The position numbers were made by a program, and so were the translations under genes. 64,000 bases of DNA, taken from Bacteroidota bacterium. Its GTDB lineage: Bacteria > Bacteroidota > Bacteroidia > 2-12-FULL-35-15. Of the stretch, positions 31,374 to 41,782 are shown piece by piece. The notes under the pieces are model-generated. The model saw only the letters and a program-made list of their open reading frames with translations, was not told the DNA's origin and did not search any database. The stretch is from contig CANIQT010000004.1 in assembly GCA_947469885.1 (NCBI GenBank), forward strand, positions 111,794-175,793. Reading direction: 5' to 3'. The stretch's first letter is position 1. Each line of letters begins with the position of its first letter.

Positions 31374-32396
31374 CTAAGTCTTCTGAACAACACCAATACC
31401 AGGCAGTTCATTCAATACAATTTTCCCATTTGCAAAAGTTATTCCATCAAACAAATCATTTTTAATTAAAAGAGCTCCATCCAAATCGGCATAATCTACC
31501 AATGGTGATAGTTGAGCAGCAGCAGAGATTCCACATGATGTTTCGCTCATACAACCAATCAGCAATTTAAAATTTAATTCATGCGCTCGTTTTATCATTT
31601 TGTTTGCTTCAAACATTCCGGTACATTTCATCAACTTAATATTAATTCCATGAAAACAATCTTTTACTTTATCAACATCTGAATATCGTTGAACACTTTC
31701 GTCAGCGAAGATCGGAATTGGGCTTCTTTCAAAAAGCCAATGAGAATCATCTAGGTTTTCTTTTTGTAAAGGTTGTTCTACAAACAAAACATTTTTATCT
31801 GATAACCATTCAATCATTTCCAAAGCAATGTGTTTATCTTTCCACCCCTGATTTACATCAATAGCAATAGGTTTATCCGTAACACTTCTAATAGTAGCAA
31901 TAGTTGCTTTATCATTTTCACCATTTAGTTTTACTTTAAAATAGTTGTAATCTGAACCTTCAATAATTTTTTGTTTGATGATTTCCGGTTCGTCAATTCC
32001 AATTGTATAAGTCGTAAATGGAATTTTAGTTTTATCACCTTTAAATAATTCCCAGCAGGATTTGTTTTGCAGCTTCCCTATTAAATCATGTAAGGCAATA
32101 TCTATAGAAGCTTTTGCCGCGGTATTACCTGGAGCTATCAAATCAATTTCATTTAAAATTGATTCAATTTCAAAAGGATTTTGAAATTTGTTTAATACAT
32201 CTTTTGCAATAGTTAAAAATGCTAAAACACTTTGATGCGACTCACCCAAATATGGTGGCATGCTTGCTTCTCCATATCCTGTTAATCCTTCATGCTCTGT
32301 TTGTGTTATTACAATTGGAGTGGACGAACGAATGCCATGTGCTATTTTAAATGGTCGTTTGAAATATAATGTATGTGGTAAATAGGTAAGTTTCAT
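31374..32396 (-). CDS. L-Ala-D/L-Glu dipeptide epimerase (enolase superfamily)
   Basis: GYGEA, FKVKL, DVNQGW, EQP, ADES, NIKLMKC, GCMSE, DLDG. Confidence 0.92.
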   Translation of the reverse strand: MKLTYLPHTLYFKRPFKIAHGIRSSTPIVITQTEHEGLTGYGEASMPPYLGESHQSVLAFLTIAKDVLNKFQNPFEIESILNEIDLIAPGNTAAKASIDIALHDLIGKLQNKSCWELFKGDKTKIPFTTYTIGIDEPEIIKQKIIEGSDYNYFKVKLNGENDKATIATIRSVTDKPIAIDVNQGWKDKHIALEMIEWLSDKNVLFVEQPLQKENLDDSHWLFERSPIPIFADESVQRYSDVDKVKDCFHGINIKLMKCTGMFEANKMIKRAHELNFKLLIGCMSETSCGISAAAQLSPLVDYADLDGALLIKNDLFDGITFANGKIVLNELPGIGVVQKT

Positions 32397-32537
32397 AATT
32401 TTTAAGAAACGAAAGTAATAGAATATTGAACAGATGCTGGAATAAATAGTTGAATTGTTAAATATTTATCAAAACAAGAATGAGTTACATATTATATATA
32501 AGTTATATCTTTGTCAAAGAAATTAAACTTCTGTGAA

Positions 32538-33059
32538 ATGAAAAAAATATTTTTATTATTATTGTGTGCTCCTACTCTTAGTTTGGTAATAAGTTGTGGA
32601 GGTTCTAAAACAGATCAACCGACTTCTACCATTCCTGGGATGAGGGAGGTTATACTAAAGATTAACGGCAACCCTTTATCCATTATGGTTCCTGATTCTA
32701 CCAAAGGGAAACTCGAAATGATTGAACAATCGTGGGGTGCCACCGAAATTAAAGTGGGCAAAGATTTTCAAATATCTATTTCGGAAGGTGAAGGAGATAT
32801 TGCATTAACCAAAAGTGACATTGCCGGAAACGATGTAAATAAATTCAAACGTTATGTGAAAGACGAACCAACATTATTATTTTGGGAATCACAAATTACC
32901 GATTCCGAATACCATTTCTATATGATTAATAAAATAGGAACAGTATCCTATATAATAGAAGATGTAAAAGTGGAGCAATATGACGAAAAAGGAATTCAGG
33001 CAATGATAGATGCTGCAAAAACTTTAAAAGCAACTTCTGTTGTAAAACCCAATTCCTAA
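32538..33059 (+). CDS. Hypothetical lipoprotein
   Basis: MKKIFLLLL...VISCGG lipobox; TATCTTTG promoter element at 32506 supports the later start. Confidence 0.75.
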   Translation: MKKIFLLLLCAPTLSLVISCGGSKTDQPTSTIPGMREVILKINGNPLSIMVPDSTKGKLEMIEQSWGATEIKVGKDFQISISEGEGDIALTKSDIAGNDVNKFKRYVKDEPTLLFWESQITDSEYHFYMINKIGTVSYIIEDVKVEQYDEKGIQAMIDAAKTLKATSVVKPNS

Positions 33060-33148
33060 TTTCAATAACCTTATTTATTAAAACCATTTCTACTTTCGGG
33101 AAATGGTTTTTATTTTTTTATACATACACACATTATTATTCTTAAACA

Positions 33149-34594
33149 ATGCAAACAATTAAAAACTACATCAATGGTGAACTGATTGAGCCAATTGGTA
33201 AAACCTATATTGACAATTATAATCCGTCAATCGGAAAAGTATATTCCTTAATTCCTGATTCTGATGAGCGAGATGTGGAATTGGCTACCCAAGCTGCATT
33301 GCAGGCATTTCCTAAATGGAGCATTACCCCTAAAGGGGAAAGATCTGCCATATTATTAAAGATAGCCGACTTAATAACAAAAAATTTAGAACGACTCGCA
33401 GTTGCTGAATCTGTTGATAATGGTAAACCTGTATCGTTAGCTAAACTTATTGACATACCACGTGCAGCAAGCAATTTTCATTTTTATGCAACTGGTATTT
33501 TACATTACGCTGCCGAAAGTTACGCAATGGAAGACACTGCAATAAATTATACATTGAGAAATCCTGTTGGAGTTGCAGGTTGCATTTCTCCCTGGAATTT
33601 ACCCCTATATTTATTCACATGGAAAATAGCTCCTGCTCTTGCATCTGGAAATTGTGTGGTAGCCAAACCTTCCGAGATTACTCCCATGACCGCTTATCTT
33701 CTTTCTGAATTATGCATCGAAGCGGGTTTACCAAAAGGTGTTTTAAATATTGTTCATGGCTATGGTCATAAAGTAGGTGCCGCTATTTCTGCTCATCCGA
33801 AAATTCCGCTTATCTCTTTTACAGGAGGAACAAAAACCGGTGCGGAAATAGCCAGAGTGGCTGCACCCATGTTCAAAAAACTTTCATTAGAACTTGGTGG
33901 AAAAAATCCAAACATCATTTTTGCTGATTGCGATTATGAGAACATGATGAAAACAACTTTACATTCTTCTTTTTCCAACCAGGGACAAATATGCCTGTGT
34001 GGTTCACGTATATTTGTTGAGAAATCCATTTATGAAAAATTCAAAACCGATTTTGTTGATCGGGTGAATAAAATGAAAGTCGGTAATCCTGCCGATCCTG
34101 ATAGTAGGTTAGGTGCGGTAGTTTCCAAACCTCACATGGAAAAAGTTTTATCCTACATTGAATTAGCAAAACAGGAAGGAGGTACTATTCTTTGTGGTGG
34201 CAATCAAGTGAAGGTGGAAGGTGAATTTGCAGATGGATATTATATTGCTCCAACAGTAATAGAAGGACTAACTTACAATTGCAGAACCAATATGGAAGAA
34301 ATTTTCGGCCCTGTGGTAACCATCATGCCTTTCGAAACAGAAGAAGAAGTAATGATGTATGCCAACTCCACACAATATGGTTTGGCTTCTATTCTTTGGA
34401 CAGAAAACTTAACTCGCGCTCATCGCATTGCGAATAATTTACATACTGGTATTGTTTGGATTAATTGTTGGTTGCTTCGCGATTTGCGTACTCCTTTTGG
34501 TGGAGTTAAAAATTCGGGTGTAGGTCGCGAAGGTGGTTTCGAAGCGTTTGACTTTTTTACAGAACCAAAAAATGTTTGTATAAAACTAAAATAG
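33149..34594 (+). CDS. Aldehyde dehydrogenase, 2-aminomuconate/hydroxymuconate semialdehyde dehydrogenase-like
   Basis: ISPWNLPLYL, LELGGKNP, NQGQICLCGSR, EEIFGP, RDLRTPFGGVKNSG. Confidence 0.88.
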   Translation: MQTIKNYINGELIEPIGKTYIDNYNPSIGKVYSLIPDSDERDVELATQAALQAFPKWSITPKGERSAILLKIADLITKNLERLAVAESVDNGKPVSLAKLIDIPRAASNFHFYATGILHYAAESYAMEDTAINYTLRNPVGVAGCISPWNLPLYLFTWKIAPALASGNCVVAKPSEITPMTAYLLSELCIEAGLPKGVLNIVHGYGHKVGAAISAHPKIPLISFTGGTKTGAEIARVAAPMFKKLSLELGGKNPNIIFADCDYENMMKTTLHSSFSNQGQICLCGSRIFVEKSIYEKFKTDFVDRVNKMKVGNPADPDSRLGAVVSKPHMEKVLSYIELAKQEGGTILCGGNQVKVEGEFADGYYIAPTVIEGLTYNCRTNMEEIFGPVVTIMPFETEEEVMMYANSTQYGLASILWTENLTRAHRIANNLHTGIVWINCWLLRDLRTPFGGVKNSGVGREGGFEAFDFFTEPKNVCIKLK

Positions 34595-35899
34595 CTACAA
34601 AGCCTCTACCACCTTCTCCAATTTAATTCCTCTCGAACCTTTTATTAAAATAGTGAAACCCTTCGGTTGAAATTGTTTTAAATAGCTTGTTGCTTCATCA
34701 CTCGTATCAAAGGTTTTTGCACCTGTGTTTTTTCCTGCTTCTTTAAAATGCCATCCAACTAACAAAACATTAGTAATATTTTTTTTCTTTAATAAAGCTA
34801 CAATTGCTTCATGCTCTTTTGCACTATCCACACCCAATTCCAGCATATCACCCAAAACAACCATCTTGTCAGTTTGATTCATTTGTGCAAAATTTTCAAT
34901 TGCTGCCTGCATACTCGATGGGTTGGCATTATAAGCATCCAGCAATAACAAATTATTTTTTGTTTGCATCACCTGCGAACGATTATTCGAAGGCACATAT
35001 TTTTCTAATCCTAATTTTATCTGTTCTTCCGAAACCTTAAAATGATTTCCAATACATGCAGCTGCCAATATGTTTTCGAAATTATATTTCCCAATCAACT
35101 GTGTTGATATTTCAGGATTATCTTCCATAGATGATAAATCGTCTTTTGCTTTACATTTTAATTTTACAAACGGATTACTCTCCACAAATTTACCAACAAA
35201 ATCACATTTCTCGTTTGTTCCATATGTAATCTGATTTATCCCTTCCGAAAGTTTTTTCAGTAATTCGTTATCATCATTAATAAACAAAGTTCCCTTACTA
35301 TCATTTATATAACTATACATTTCGCTCTTTGCTTTTACAACTCCTTCAAATCCGCCAAACCCTTCCAGATGGGCTTTCCCAATGTTGGTTATCATTCCAT
35401 AATCCGGCTCAGCAAGATTACAAAGCATAGAAATCTCTCCCTGATGATTCGCTCCCATTTCCACAATTGCTATTTCGTGCTCTTTGGTTATACTCAATAA
35501 AGTAAGCGGAACGCCAATGTGATTATTAAAATTTCCCTTTGTAGTTTGTACATTATATTTTTCACTCAATACTGCATTAATCAGTTCTTTCGATGTCGTC
35601 TTCCCATTCGATCCAGTAATACTGATAATAGGTATCGATAATTGTTTACGATGATAATTTGCCAACTCTTGCAATGCTGTCAATACATCATCCACCAACA
35701 AATACCTGCCATCAATTTTGTATTGTTCCTCATCAATCACTGCCAACGAACATCCCGAACGTATTGCCTGTTCTGCAAACTGGTTAGCATTAAAGTTGTC
35801 TCCTTTTAAGGCAAAGAAAATTGCATTTGGTTTTATTTCCCTTGTATCGGTACAAATAAATGGGTGTTCCTGGAAATGAGAATATAGTTTTTGAATCAT
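34595..35899 (-). CDS. murF: UDP-MurNAc-tripeptide--D-Ala-D-Ala ligase
   Basis: ITGSNGKTTSKE, NNHIGVPLT, DAYNANPSSM, GDMLELG, KGSRG. Confidence 0.96.
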   Translation of the reverse strand: MIQKLYSHFQEHPFICTDTREIKPNAIFFALKGDNFNANQFAEQAIRSGCSLAVIDEEQYKIDGRYLLVDDVLTALQELANYHRKQLSIPIISITGSNGKTTSKELINAVLSEKYNVQTTKGNFNNHIGVPLTLLSITKEHEIAIVEMGANHQGEISMLCNLAEPDYGMITNIGKAHLEGFGGFEGVVKAKSEMYSYINDSKGTLFINDDNELLKKLSEGINQITYGTNEKCDFVGKFVESNPFVKLKCKAKDDLSSMEDNPEISTQLIGKYNFENILAAACIGNHFKVSEEQIKLGLEKYVPSNNRSQVMQTKNNLLLLDAYNANPSSMQAAIENFAQMNQTDKMVVLGDMLELGVDSAKEHEAIVALLKKKNITNVLLVGWHFKEAGKNTGAKTFDTSDEATSYLKQFQPKGFTILIKGSRGIKLEKVVEAL

Positions 35900-35902
35900 T
35901 TT

Positions 35903-36685
35903 CTATTGTTTCAGTTCGTCCGGAATAATACAAACCGGTACGGGAATCATTTTATGCTGATTTGCTTTATTCATTTTTGTATAAATATCCAAAACTGTTT
36001 TTTGCCTTTCTGATAAAGTTGAATTGTTTTGTGAATGCTCAACAAATTTCATTGCTTCTTCCAGCTCATCATAACTAGCTCCTATCTGGTCTTCATCACT
36101 TCTTCCGTCATGAAACAAACCATCTGTTGGTGGAGCAATCAAAATCGAATTAGCCACTCCTAATTCTTTTGCCAATGCATATACTTCCGATTTCATAAGG
36201 TCGGCAATCGGACTAATATCAACTCCTCCATCTCCATACTTGGTAAAAAATCCAATCCCAAAATCTTCTATTTTATTTCCTGTACCTGCTACCAATAATT
36301 TATAATGACAGGCAAAAGCAAACAACGTAGTCATTCGCAAACGCGATCGGGTATTTGCCATTGTCAGCCAGTCCTGGGTTTCTTCAGGCAATGCAACACT
36401 AATACTTTTAAATGTTTCGGTGAGTTCCACTTCTTGAGACGAAACTGTATTATATTTACTTTTCAACCAATCAATGTGTTCATGCCCTCTGTCGTATTCT
36501 GCTTTGTTCTGGTGAATTGGCATGTTCAAACAAATGACCTGTTTGCCTGTCATTGCACAAAGTGTGGAAGTTAGAGCCGAATCTACTCCTCCCGAAATAC
36601 CAATCACAAAACCATTGGTATTACTCTGGTCCGAATAATGTTTCAGCCATTTCACTATATGTTGTATCGTTTCCTTTGTTTTCAT
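35903..36685 (-). CDS. nadE: NH3-dependent NAD+ synthetase
   Basis: GISGGVDSA, RSRLRM, FTKYGDG; no glutaminase domain. Confidence 0.95.
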   Translation of the reverse strand: MKTKETIQHIVKWLKHYSDQSNTNGFVIGISGGVDSALTSTLCAMTGKQVICLNMPIHQNKAEYDRGHEHIDWLKSKYNTVSSQEVELTETFKSISVALPEETQDWLTMANTRSRLRMTTLFAFACHYKLLVAGTGNKIEDFGIGFFTKYGDGGVDISPIADLMKSEVYALAKELGVANSILIAPPTDGLFHDGRSDEDQIGASYDELEEAMKFVEHSQNNSTLSERQKTVLDIYTKMNKANQHKMIPVPVCIIPDELKQ

Positions 36686-36691
36686 AATAAA

Positions 36692-36728
36692 AAAAATCCC
36701 GATTCCAGTTATCGTGAAATCGGGATTA
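36692..36728 (-). terminator. Terminator-like hairpin between the porin gene and nadE
   Basis: AATCCCGATT...AATCGGGATT with an A7 tract (T tract on the minus strand). Confidence 0.6.
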
Positions 36729-36786
36729 AAAGTACAATATTATGGGCAGTTCTAAAAATTAGATTTTTTAGGACTACCCATAATTT

Positions 36787-37671
36787 TTAGAAAAGTATTC
36801 CCACTGTTAATACTATTCCGTTCGATTTTATAGTTTGTGGCATTTTACTTTGTGTATAATCAATTCCTCCGTTAGTAAAGTTTGGTCCGTTCGTTTGTTT
36901 CTCCAATGTTTCCGAGTCACTCTTGGTTACCGAAGTAAATCCTAAATTATAATGCAATCCTAACTCAACAGAGGTACTGCCGGAAAGATTGATTTCGCAA
37001 CCTGCGCCAAGATGCAAAGAACCTACATAAATATTCATTTCTTTGGTGATATTAACGTTTGATTTTGTACTTGAAGCTCCTCCAGTGGCAGCTGTGGTAG
37101 GAAGTTCAATAACCTTATCTGTTGCTTTTGCTTTCCAACGAAATGAATTATCCAAACCCACCTGACCAAAATAAGTCATCATCCCTATTTCTTTTGTTTT
37201 CAATTTTATTCCTATTGGTATAGTTACATAAGTTGCCTTAAATTCTCTTTCATTCAATTGGTATTTATAATGTGTTTGGTCGAAAGAGGTGTAACCTGCA
37301 ATATCTCCAGGTCTTGAATTATAGTCTGCTATTACGTCATCCGTTTTCGAATACCAATAACTTACGGTATTTGAATTATTGTTTTGTATGCCTTCATTTG
37401 CATACTTTATCTTTCCTCCGTTTGTATTTATTTCTATCCCTGTTAATAGTGATGCCACTTTTGCCAATCGAAATTCAATACTTAACCCACCGCCAATTTT
37501 TGGAACTATTCCATTTCCTGTCATTATTTTTCCATCAGGTTTGTACCAGTCGATAGAAGGTGTAACTATCAACCCAAAACGAACATTTTTTATGTCCTTT
37601 TCTGAATTATCTTGTGCATCTACAAGGTTACCTGCAAATGCAATTATTGTTATAATTAAAATCTTCTTCAT
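36787..37671 (-). CDS. Outer-membrane beta-barrel (porin family) protein
   Basis: Signal peptide, RFGL.VTP, YVTIPIGIKLKT, C-terminal LTVGILF. Confidence 0.8.
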   Translation of the reverse strand: MKKILIITIIAFAGNLVDAQDNSEKDIKNVRFGLIVTPSIDWYKPDGKIMTGNGIVPKIGGGLSIEFRLAKVASLLTGIEINTNGGKIKYANEGIQNNNSNTVSYWYSKTDDVIADYNSRPGDIAGYTSFDQTHYKYQLNEREFKATYVTIPIGIKLKTKEIGMMTYFGQVGLDNSFRWKAKATDKVIELPTTAATGGASSTKSNVNITKEMNIYVGSLHLGAGCEINLSGSTSVELGLHYNLGFTSVTKSDSETLEKQTNGPNFTNGGIDYTQSKMPQTIKSNGIVLTVGILF

Positions 37672-37753
37672 ATTTTTTCTACTTTTGAGTTTTTATAAAA
37701 CCTATTAACGGAACAATTTTTACGATACAATATTAAGAATAATTTTTATATTC

Positions 37754-38764
37754 ATGACTAAATCTCTTGCATTCATTTTAGTAATAGTTGTATTTTTTTC
37801 TTGCGGTCGCGATACATTAAATGTAGATGTATCGGAGGTGGTAATTCCAGAAATTACCATCAATAGGATGGAGCAGGATATTTTTAATATGGATACTAAT
37901 CATCTAGAGACATCGGTTTTGTTGCTCCAAAAAAAATACGGAAAGTTTTTTAATTCTTATTTAATAGGTGTTTTAAATAATGGTGGAATCCAAGATTCAT
38001 CAAAGGCAAATAAATTAAAACAATTTATTTCTGACAAAGATATGCACGAAGCATACAATGATTGTCAGAAAGAGTTTTCGAACATTGATAATTTGAATGA
38101 AGAATTTTCGCAATCGTTTAAATATTTCAAACATTATTTCCCTAACAGAACTTTACCAAAGGTAGTGACCATGATGTCAGGTTTTAATTATGCCATTGTT
38201 ACATTGGATAGTACATTGGGTATTGGGTTGGAAATGTATTTGGGCAGCAATAATAAATTCTATCCAATGTTAGGATTGCCGCATTACAAAACTAATTTTA
38301 TGAACAAAGAAAATATTTTGCCCGATGCTATGCGTGGATGGATGCTCAATGAGTTTCCTTATATGATGAATAAAAGCGATTTTCTTTCTGAAATAATTTA
38401 TATGGGTAAAATAATGTACCTCACGGATGCGCTTGCTCCATCCATTTCCGATACCTTGAAAACACAATACACAAACCTTCAAACGGAGTATTGCAAACAA
38501 AACGAATTTAATATGTGGAGTTATTTCATTGCTCAAAAACTTTTGTACTCTACCGATCATGCCGAAATTATGAAGTTTACAAACGATGGACCTTTTACCT
38601 CTGCCTTTAGCAAAAGTGCTCCTCCCAGAGTGGGCTATTGGATAGGACGACAAATTATCAAACAATATATGAAAAACAATGCTAACATAACTATCGAACA
38701 ACTGATGAACGAAAAAGACGCGCAGAAAATTTTAACTAAGGCAAAATATAAACCATCAAAATAG
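37754..38764 (+). CDS. gldB: Gliding motility lipoprotein GldB
   Basis: Lipobox FSC, IGLEMYLG, MGKIMY, GPFT, PPRVGYWIGRQII, KYKP. Confidence 0.88.
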   Translation: MTKSLAFILVIVVFFSCGRDTLNVDVSEVVIPEITINRMEQDIFNMDTNHLETSVLLLQKKYGKFFNSYLIGVLNNGGIQDSSKANKLKQFISDKDMHEAYNDCQKEFSNIDNLNEEFSQSFKYFKHYFPNRTLPKVVTMMSGFNYAIVTLDSTLGIGLEMYLGSNNKFYPMLGLPHYKTNFMNKENILPDAMRGWMLNEFPYMMNKSDFLSEIIYMGKIMYLTDALAPSISDTLKTQYTNLQTEYCKQNEFNMWSYFIAQKLLYSTDHAEIMKFTNDGPFTSAFSKSAPPRVGYWIGRQIIKQYMKNNANITIEQLMNEKDAQKILTKAKYKPSK

Positions 38765-38819
38765 TTCTTTGGTTCACTGGTAGAGTTGTGTAAAAAACGC
38801 AAAGCACTTCAGGCTCAGT

Positions 38820-38861
38820 CACCCCTCTCCTTTTTTCAAGGAGAGGGGCCGGGGGTGAGGT
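38820..38861. repeat. REP-like palindrome
   Basis: CCCCTCTCCTT-tttca-AGGAGAGGGG-CCGGGGGTGAGG; a related inverted copy lies at about 53945-53975. Confidence 0.6.
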
Positions 38862-38892
38862 CTAACAATGAAACATTTTAACAATAAAATAA

Positions 38893-39225
38893 ATGAAAAA
38901 ATCAGAAATTAAATTTACAGTAACACTTGACGAAAACAATTTGCCCGAAAAAATTGATTGGTCGGCTGACGATGCAAACGAACAAAGCACTAGCAAGGCA
39001 GTAATGATTGCACTGTGGGATGCAAACGAAAACAACACTCTTCGTATTGACTTATGGACAAAAGATTTTTTGGCAGATGAAATGAAACAATTTTATCATC
39101 AGTGCTTGTTATCAATGGCAGATACTTTTGAACGTGCCACCAGCGAAACCGAAGCGGCAAAAGAAATGCGAAGCTTTGCACAACACTTTGGCGAAAAAAT
39201 GGATTTGATTAAGAAGAAAGAATAG
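38893..39225 (+). CDS. gldC: Gliding motility protein GldC
   Basis: LDENNLPEKIDWSA, LRIDLWTKD, MADTFERAT. Confidence 0.93.
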   Translation: MKKSEIKFTVTLDENNLPEKIDWSADDANEQSTSKAVMIALWDANENNTLRIDLWTKDFLADEMKQFYHQCLLSMADTFERATSETEAAKEMRSFAQHFGEKMDLIKKKE

Positions 39226-39240
39226 TGCTTTAATAGCGTT

Positions 39241-40623
39241 TTATTTGTTTGGAATTCGGATTACAACCTTTGTCCCTTTATTGAGTTCCGAAGTAAGTGT
39301 AATTTCTCCTCCGTGAATTTTTATTATCTTTTCGGTGAGTGAAAGTCCGAGCCCGTTTCCATGAATATTTTTTACATTTTTAGCTCTGTAAAAGGGTTGG
39401 AATATTTTTTCGACATCTTCATTATCTATTCCTATTCCTTTATCCACAAATTCAACTGCTACATATTTTTCTCCAGCACTTATAAATACTTCTATAGTAT
39501 TTTGGGGTGAATATTTACATCCATTATCCATCATATTACTTATGGCTGTTTTTAGCAAATAATCGTTTCCGAAAACCATAAGCTTTTTTTCATCGTCATT
39601 CACATTCTTAAATTGAATCAAAACCGTGTATTCTTTTTTTAGTTTCAATAATTCTCCTCTTGCTTCCCAAACAAGTTCATCAATCCGCAAATTTTTAAGT
39701 GATAGTTCTGAAATGTCGGAACTTACTTTTGCGAGATCAAGAAGTCCGTTAGATAACCCATTCAGATTTTTAATATCCTCTAATACTGATTCCAGAACAC
39801 GTACGTAATCTTCCTTTTCTCTTTCCTTGAGTAGCGACACTTCTATTTGTCCTGTAATAGATGTAAGCGGAGTTCGCAATTCGTGCGATGCGTTGGATAC
39901 AAAACTTCTTTGCATTTCGAACGACCACTCCAATCGTTCCAACATTTTGTTAAAGGTAATGGCAAGCTGTGCTATTTCGTCTGTCCCGTTTCCTTCTTTT
40001 ACTCTCATGTTTAAACTGGCAGCATTTATTTTATCTACCTGTTTCACCACATCCGACATGGGTTCAAGTGCCTGTTTGGCAAAAACTCTTCCTATCAAAA
40101 TAGTAAATAGGATACTCAATAAAAAAGTAATGATTAATAAAAATTTCAAATAGCTCAATTTGCTCAACCCATATTTATCTAGTGCAGATACTACCACCAC
40201 AAACCAATTGTTTTTATTTTTATACAAAAGCCCAAGAACTTCATTTTCTCCTATTTTATAACGCAGTTTATTGTTTAACCTTATTGTGCCTAACTGCTCT
40301 TTATTTATATGAATAGAATCATTATCCATACTTTTATATATGATTCTGTTTTTATAATCAAACACAGCCACCCTTTCGTTAAACATTAGATTTGCTGTGT
40401 TTTTGTCTATTATTTTTAGCAAATTATAATCCACTGCTTTTACATTTACTAAAATTCGTGCTGTTGTTAGCGCTTTGTTTTCAAGTCGCTCGTAAAACTC
40501 ACTTTCTCTGTAAGAAGATGATAAATAATAAATGCTTAATGAAAAAACGATGAGAATAAACGCTACAATCAACGTAAATTGCAACGTAAGGCGGGTTTTT
40601 ATTTTTAATTGAAAAATGTTCAC
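39241..40623 (-). CDS. HAMP-domain sensor histidine kinase
   Basis: Two TMs, DEIAQLA, ASHELRTPL, N box, DKGIGI, GNGLGLS; GTGA overlap with the regulator. Confidence 0.95.
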   Translation of the reverse strand: MNIFQLKIKTRLTLQFTLIVAFILIVFSLSIYYLSSSYRESEFYERLENKALTTARILVNVKAVDYNLLKIIDKNTANLMFNERVAVFDYKNRIIYKSMDNDSIHINKEQLGTIRLNNKLRYKIGENEVLGLLYKNKNNWFVVVVSALDKYGLSKLSYLKFLLIITFLLSILFTILIGRVFAKQALEPMSDVVKQVDKINAASLNMRVKEGNGTDEIAQLAITFNKMLERLEWSFEMQRSFVSNASHELRTPLTSITGQIEVSLLKEREKEDYVRVLESVLEDIKNLNGLSNGLLDLAKVSSDISELSLKNLRIDELVWEARGELLKLKKEYTVLIQFKNVNDDEKKLMVFGNDYLLKTAISNMMDNGCKYSPQNTIEVFISAGEKYVAVEFVDKGIGIDNEDVEKIFQPFYRAKNVKNIHGNGLGLSLTEKIIKIHGGEITLTSELNKGTKVVIRIPNK

Positions 40624-41309
40624 TCTTTTAATATATAACCAACCCCTACTTGTGTTTTTATAAGTTTTGGTTCAAAATCTTTGTCAATTTTTTTTCTCAG
40701 AAAGTTAACATACACATCAATAATATTGGTGCCCGAATCGAAAGCATTGTTCCATACATTCTCCGCTATCTCAGCTCTTGTAACCACCTTGCCTTTATTT
40801 CGCATCAAATATTCGAGCAATCCAAATTCTTTTTGCGACAATTCTATTCTTGTCTCGCCCCTTTTTACTTCGTAACTATCAAGATGCATTTCCAAATCCA
40901 TAAATTTTAAAACTCTCAACGCTTTTTCTCCAGCTTTGGTGCGTTTCAGCAATGCCTTTATTCGTGCCATCAATTCCCCAAATTCAAATGGTTTTAATAG
41001 GTAATCGTCTGCACCGGCATCAAAACCTTTTAGTTTATCCAAACTGGTGCCCAAAGCGGTTAGCATGAGCACCGGAATTTTATCATCACTCTTTCTTATT
41101 TGTTTACATAATTCTATCCCACTAATTCCAGGTAGCATCACATCTAATATTACCAAATCGTAACTTCTCCTATCAAACAGTTGTTTCCCTACATTTCCAT
41201 CATCAGCAGTTTCTACCCAATATCCAACTTCTTCCAAACCAAGTTTGATAAAAGAGGAAACCTTTGGCTCATCTTCCACCAGCAATATTCTTATTTTTAT
41301 TTCTTCCAT
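40620..41309 (-). CDS. OmpR-family response regulator (CusR/ArlR-like)
   Basis: LLVEDE, LDVMLP, GADDYLLKPF, DVYVNFLRKKID, GVGY. Confidence 0.95.
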   Translation of the reverse strand: MEEIKIRILLVEDEPKVSSFIKLGLEEVGYWVETADDGNVGKQLFDRRSYDLVILDVMLPGISGIELCKQIRKSDDKIPVLMLTALGTSLDKLKGFDAGADDYLLKPFEFGELMARIKALLKRTKAGEKALRVLKFMDLEMHLDSYEVKRGETRIELSQKEFGLLEYLMRNKGKVVTRAEIAENVWNNAFDSGTNIIDVYVNFLRKKIDKDFEPKLIKTQVGVGYILKE

Positions 41310-41404
41310 TTTTCTGAAAATTAAATTATAGTGGCAAATGTATCCAATTAATTTTCACTAAAATTAAAATTGTATTAATTTAGATGACTTCATACAGCAG
41401 TTTA

Positions 41405-41690
41405 GGCAACCTTAAAATGTCTTGCAACCATGTTTTGAGGGCTTGCAACCTTACAAAACTGTTTTCGCACCTGCAAAAGTGTTTTATCAACCTTGCAAAA
41501 CTGTTTTTGCAACCGCAAAAGTGTTTTAACAAACCTGAAAAAGTGATTTTGCAACCTTGCAAAACTGTTTTAGCACTTGCAAAAGGCTTTTTGCAACCTT
41601 GCAAAACTGTTTTTGCACCTGAAAAAGTGTTTTTGCAACCTTGCATAGCGGTCTTGCAAGCTTGCAAGACTTTTTTCCAATATAATTACC
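41405..41690. repeat. About 21-bp-period palindromic array with two alternating unit types (array D)
   Basis: TTTTGCAACCTTGCAAAACTG alternates with TTTTTGCACCTGMAAAAGTG; about 13 units. Confidence 0.88.
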
Positions 41691-41782
41691 TTCTTTTGCA
41701 TAAAAGGTTTCCCGTTAAACCACTTTATTTACAACAGAATACCCTTTTATTTAGAATTATTCTTAATTTCGCGGTCCAAATT

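Noticed and set aside
41384-41782. 133-aa N-terminal extension of SufS and antisense ORF 41380..41667
   Set aside because: Both are translations of repeat array D; SufS similarity and a promoter element point to ATG 41783.
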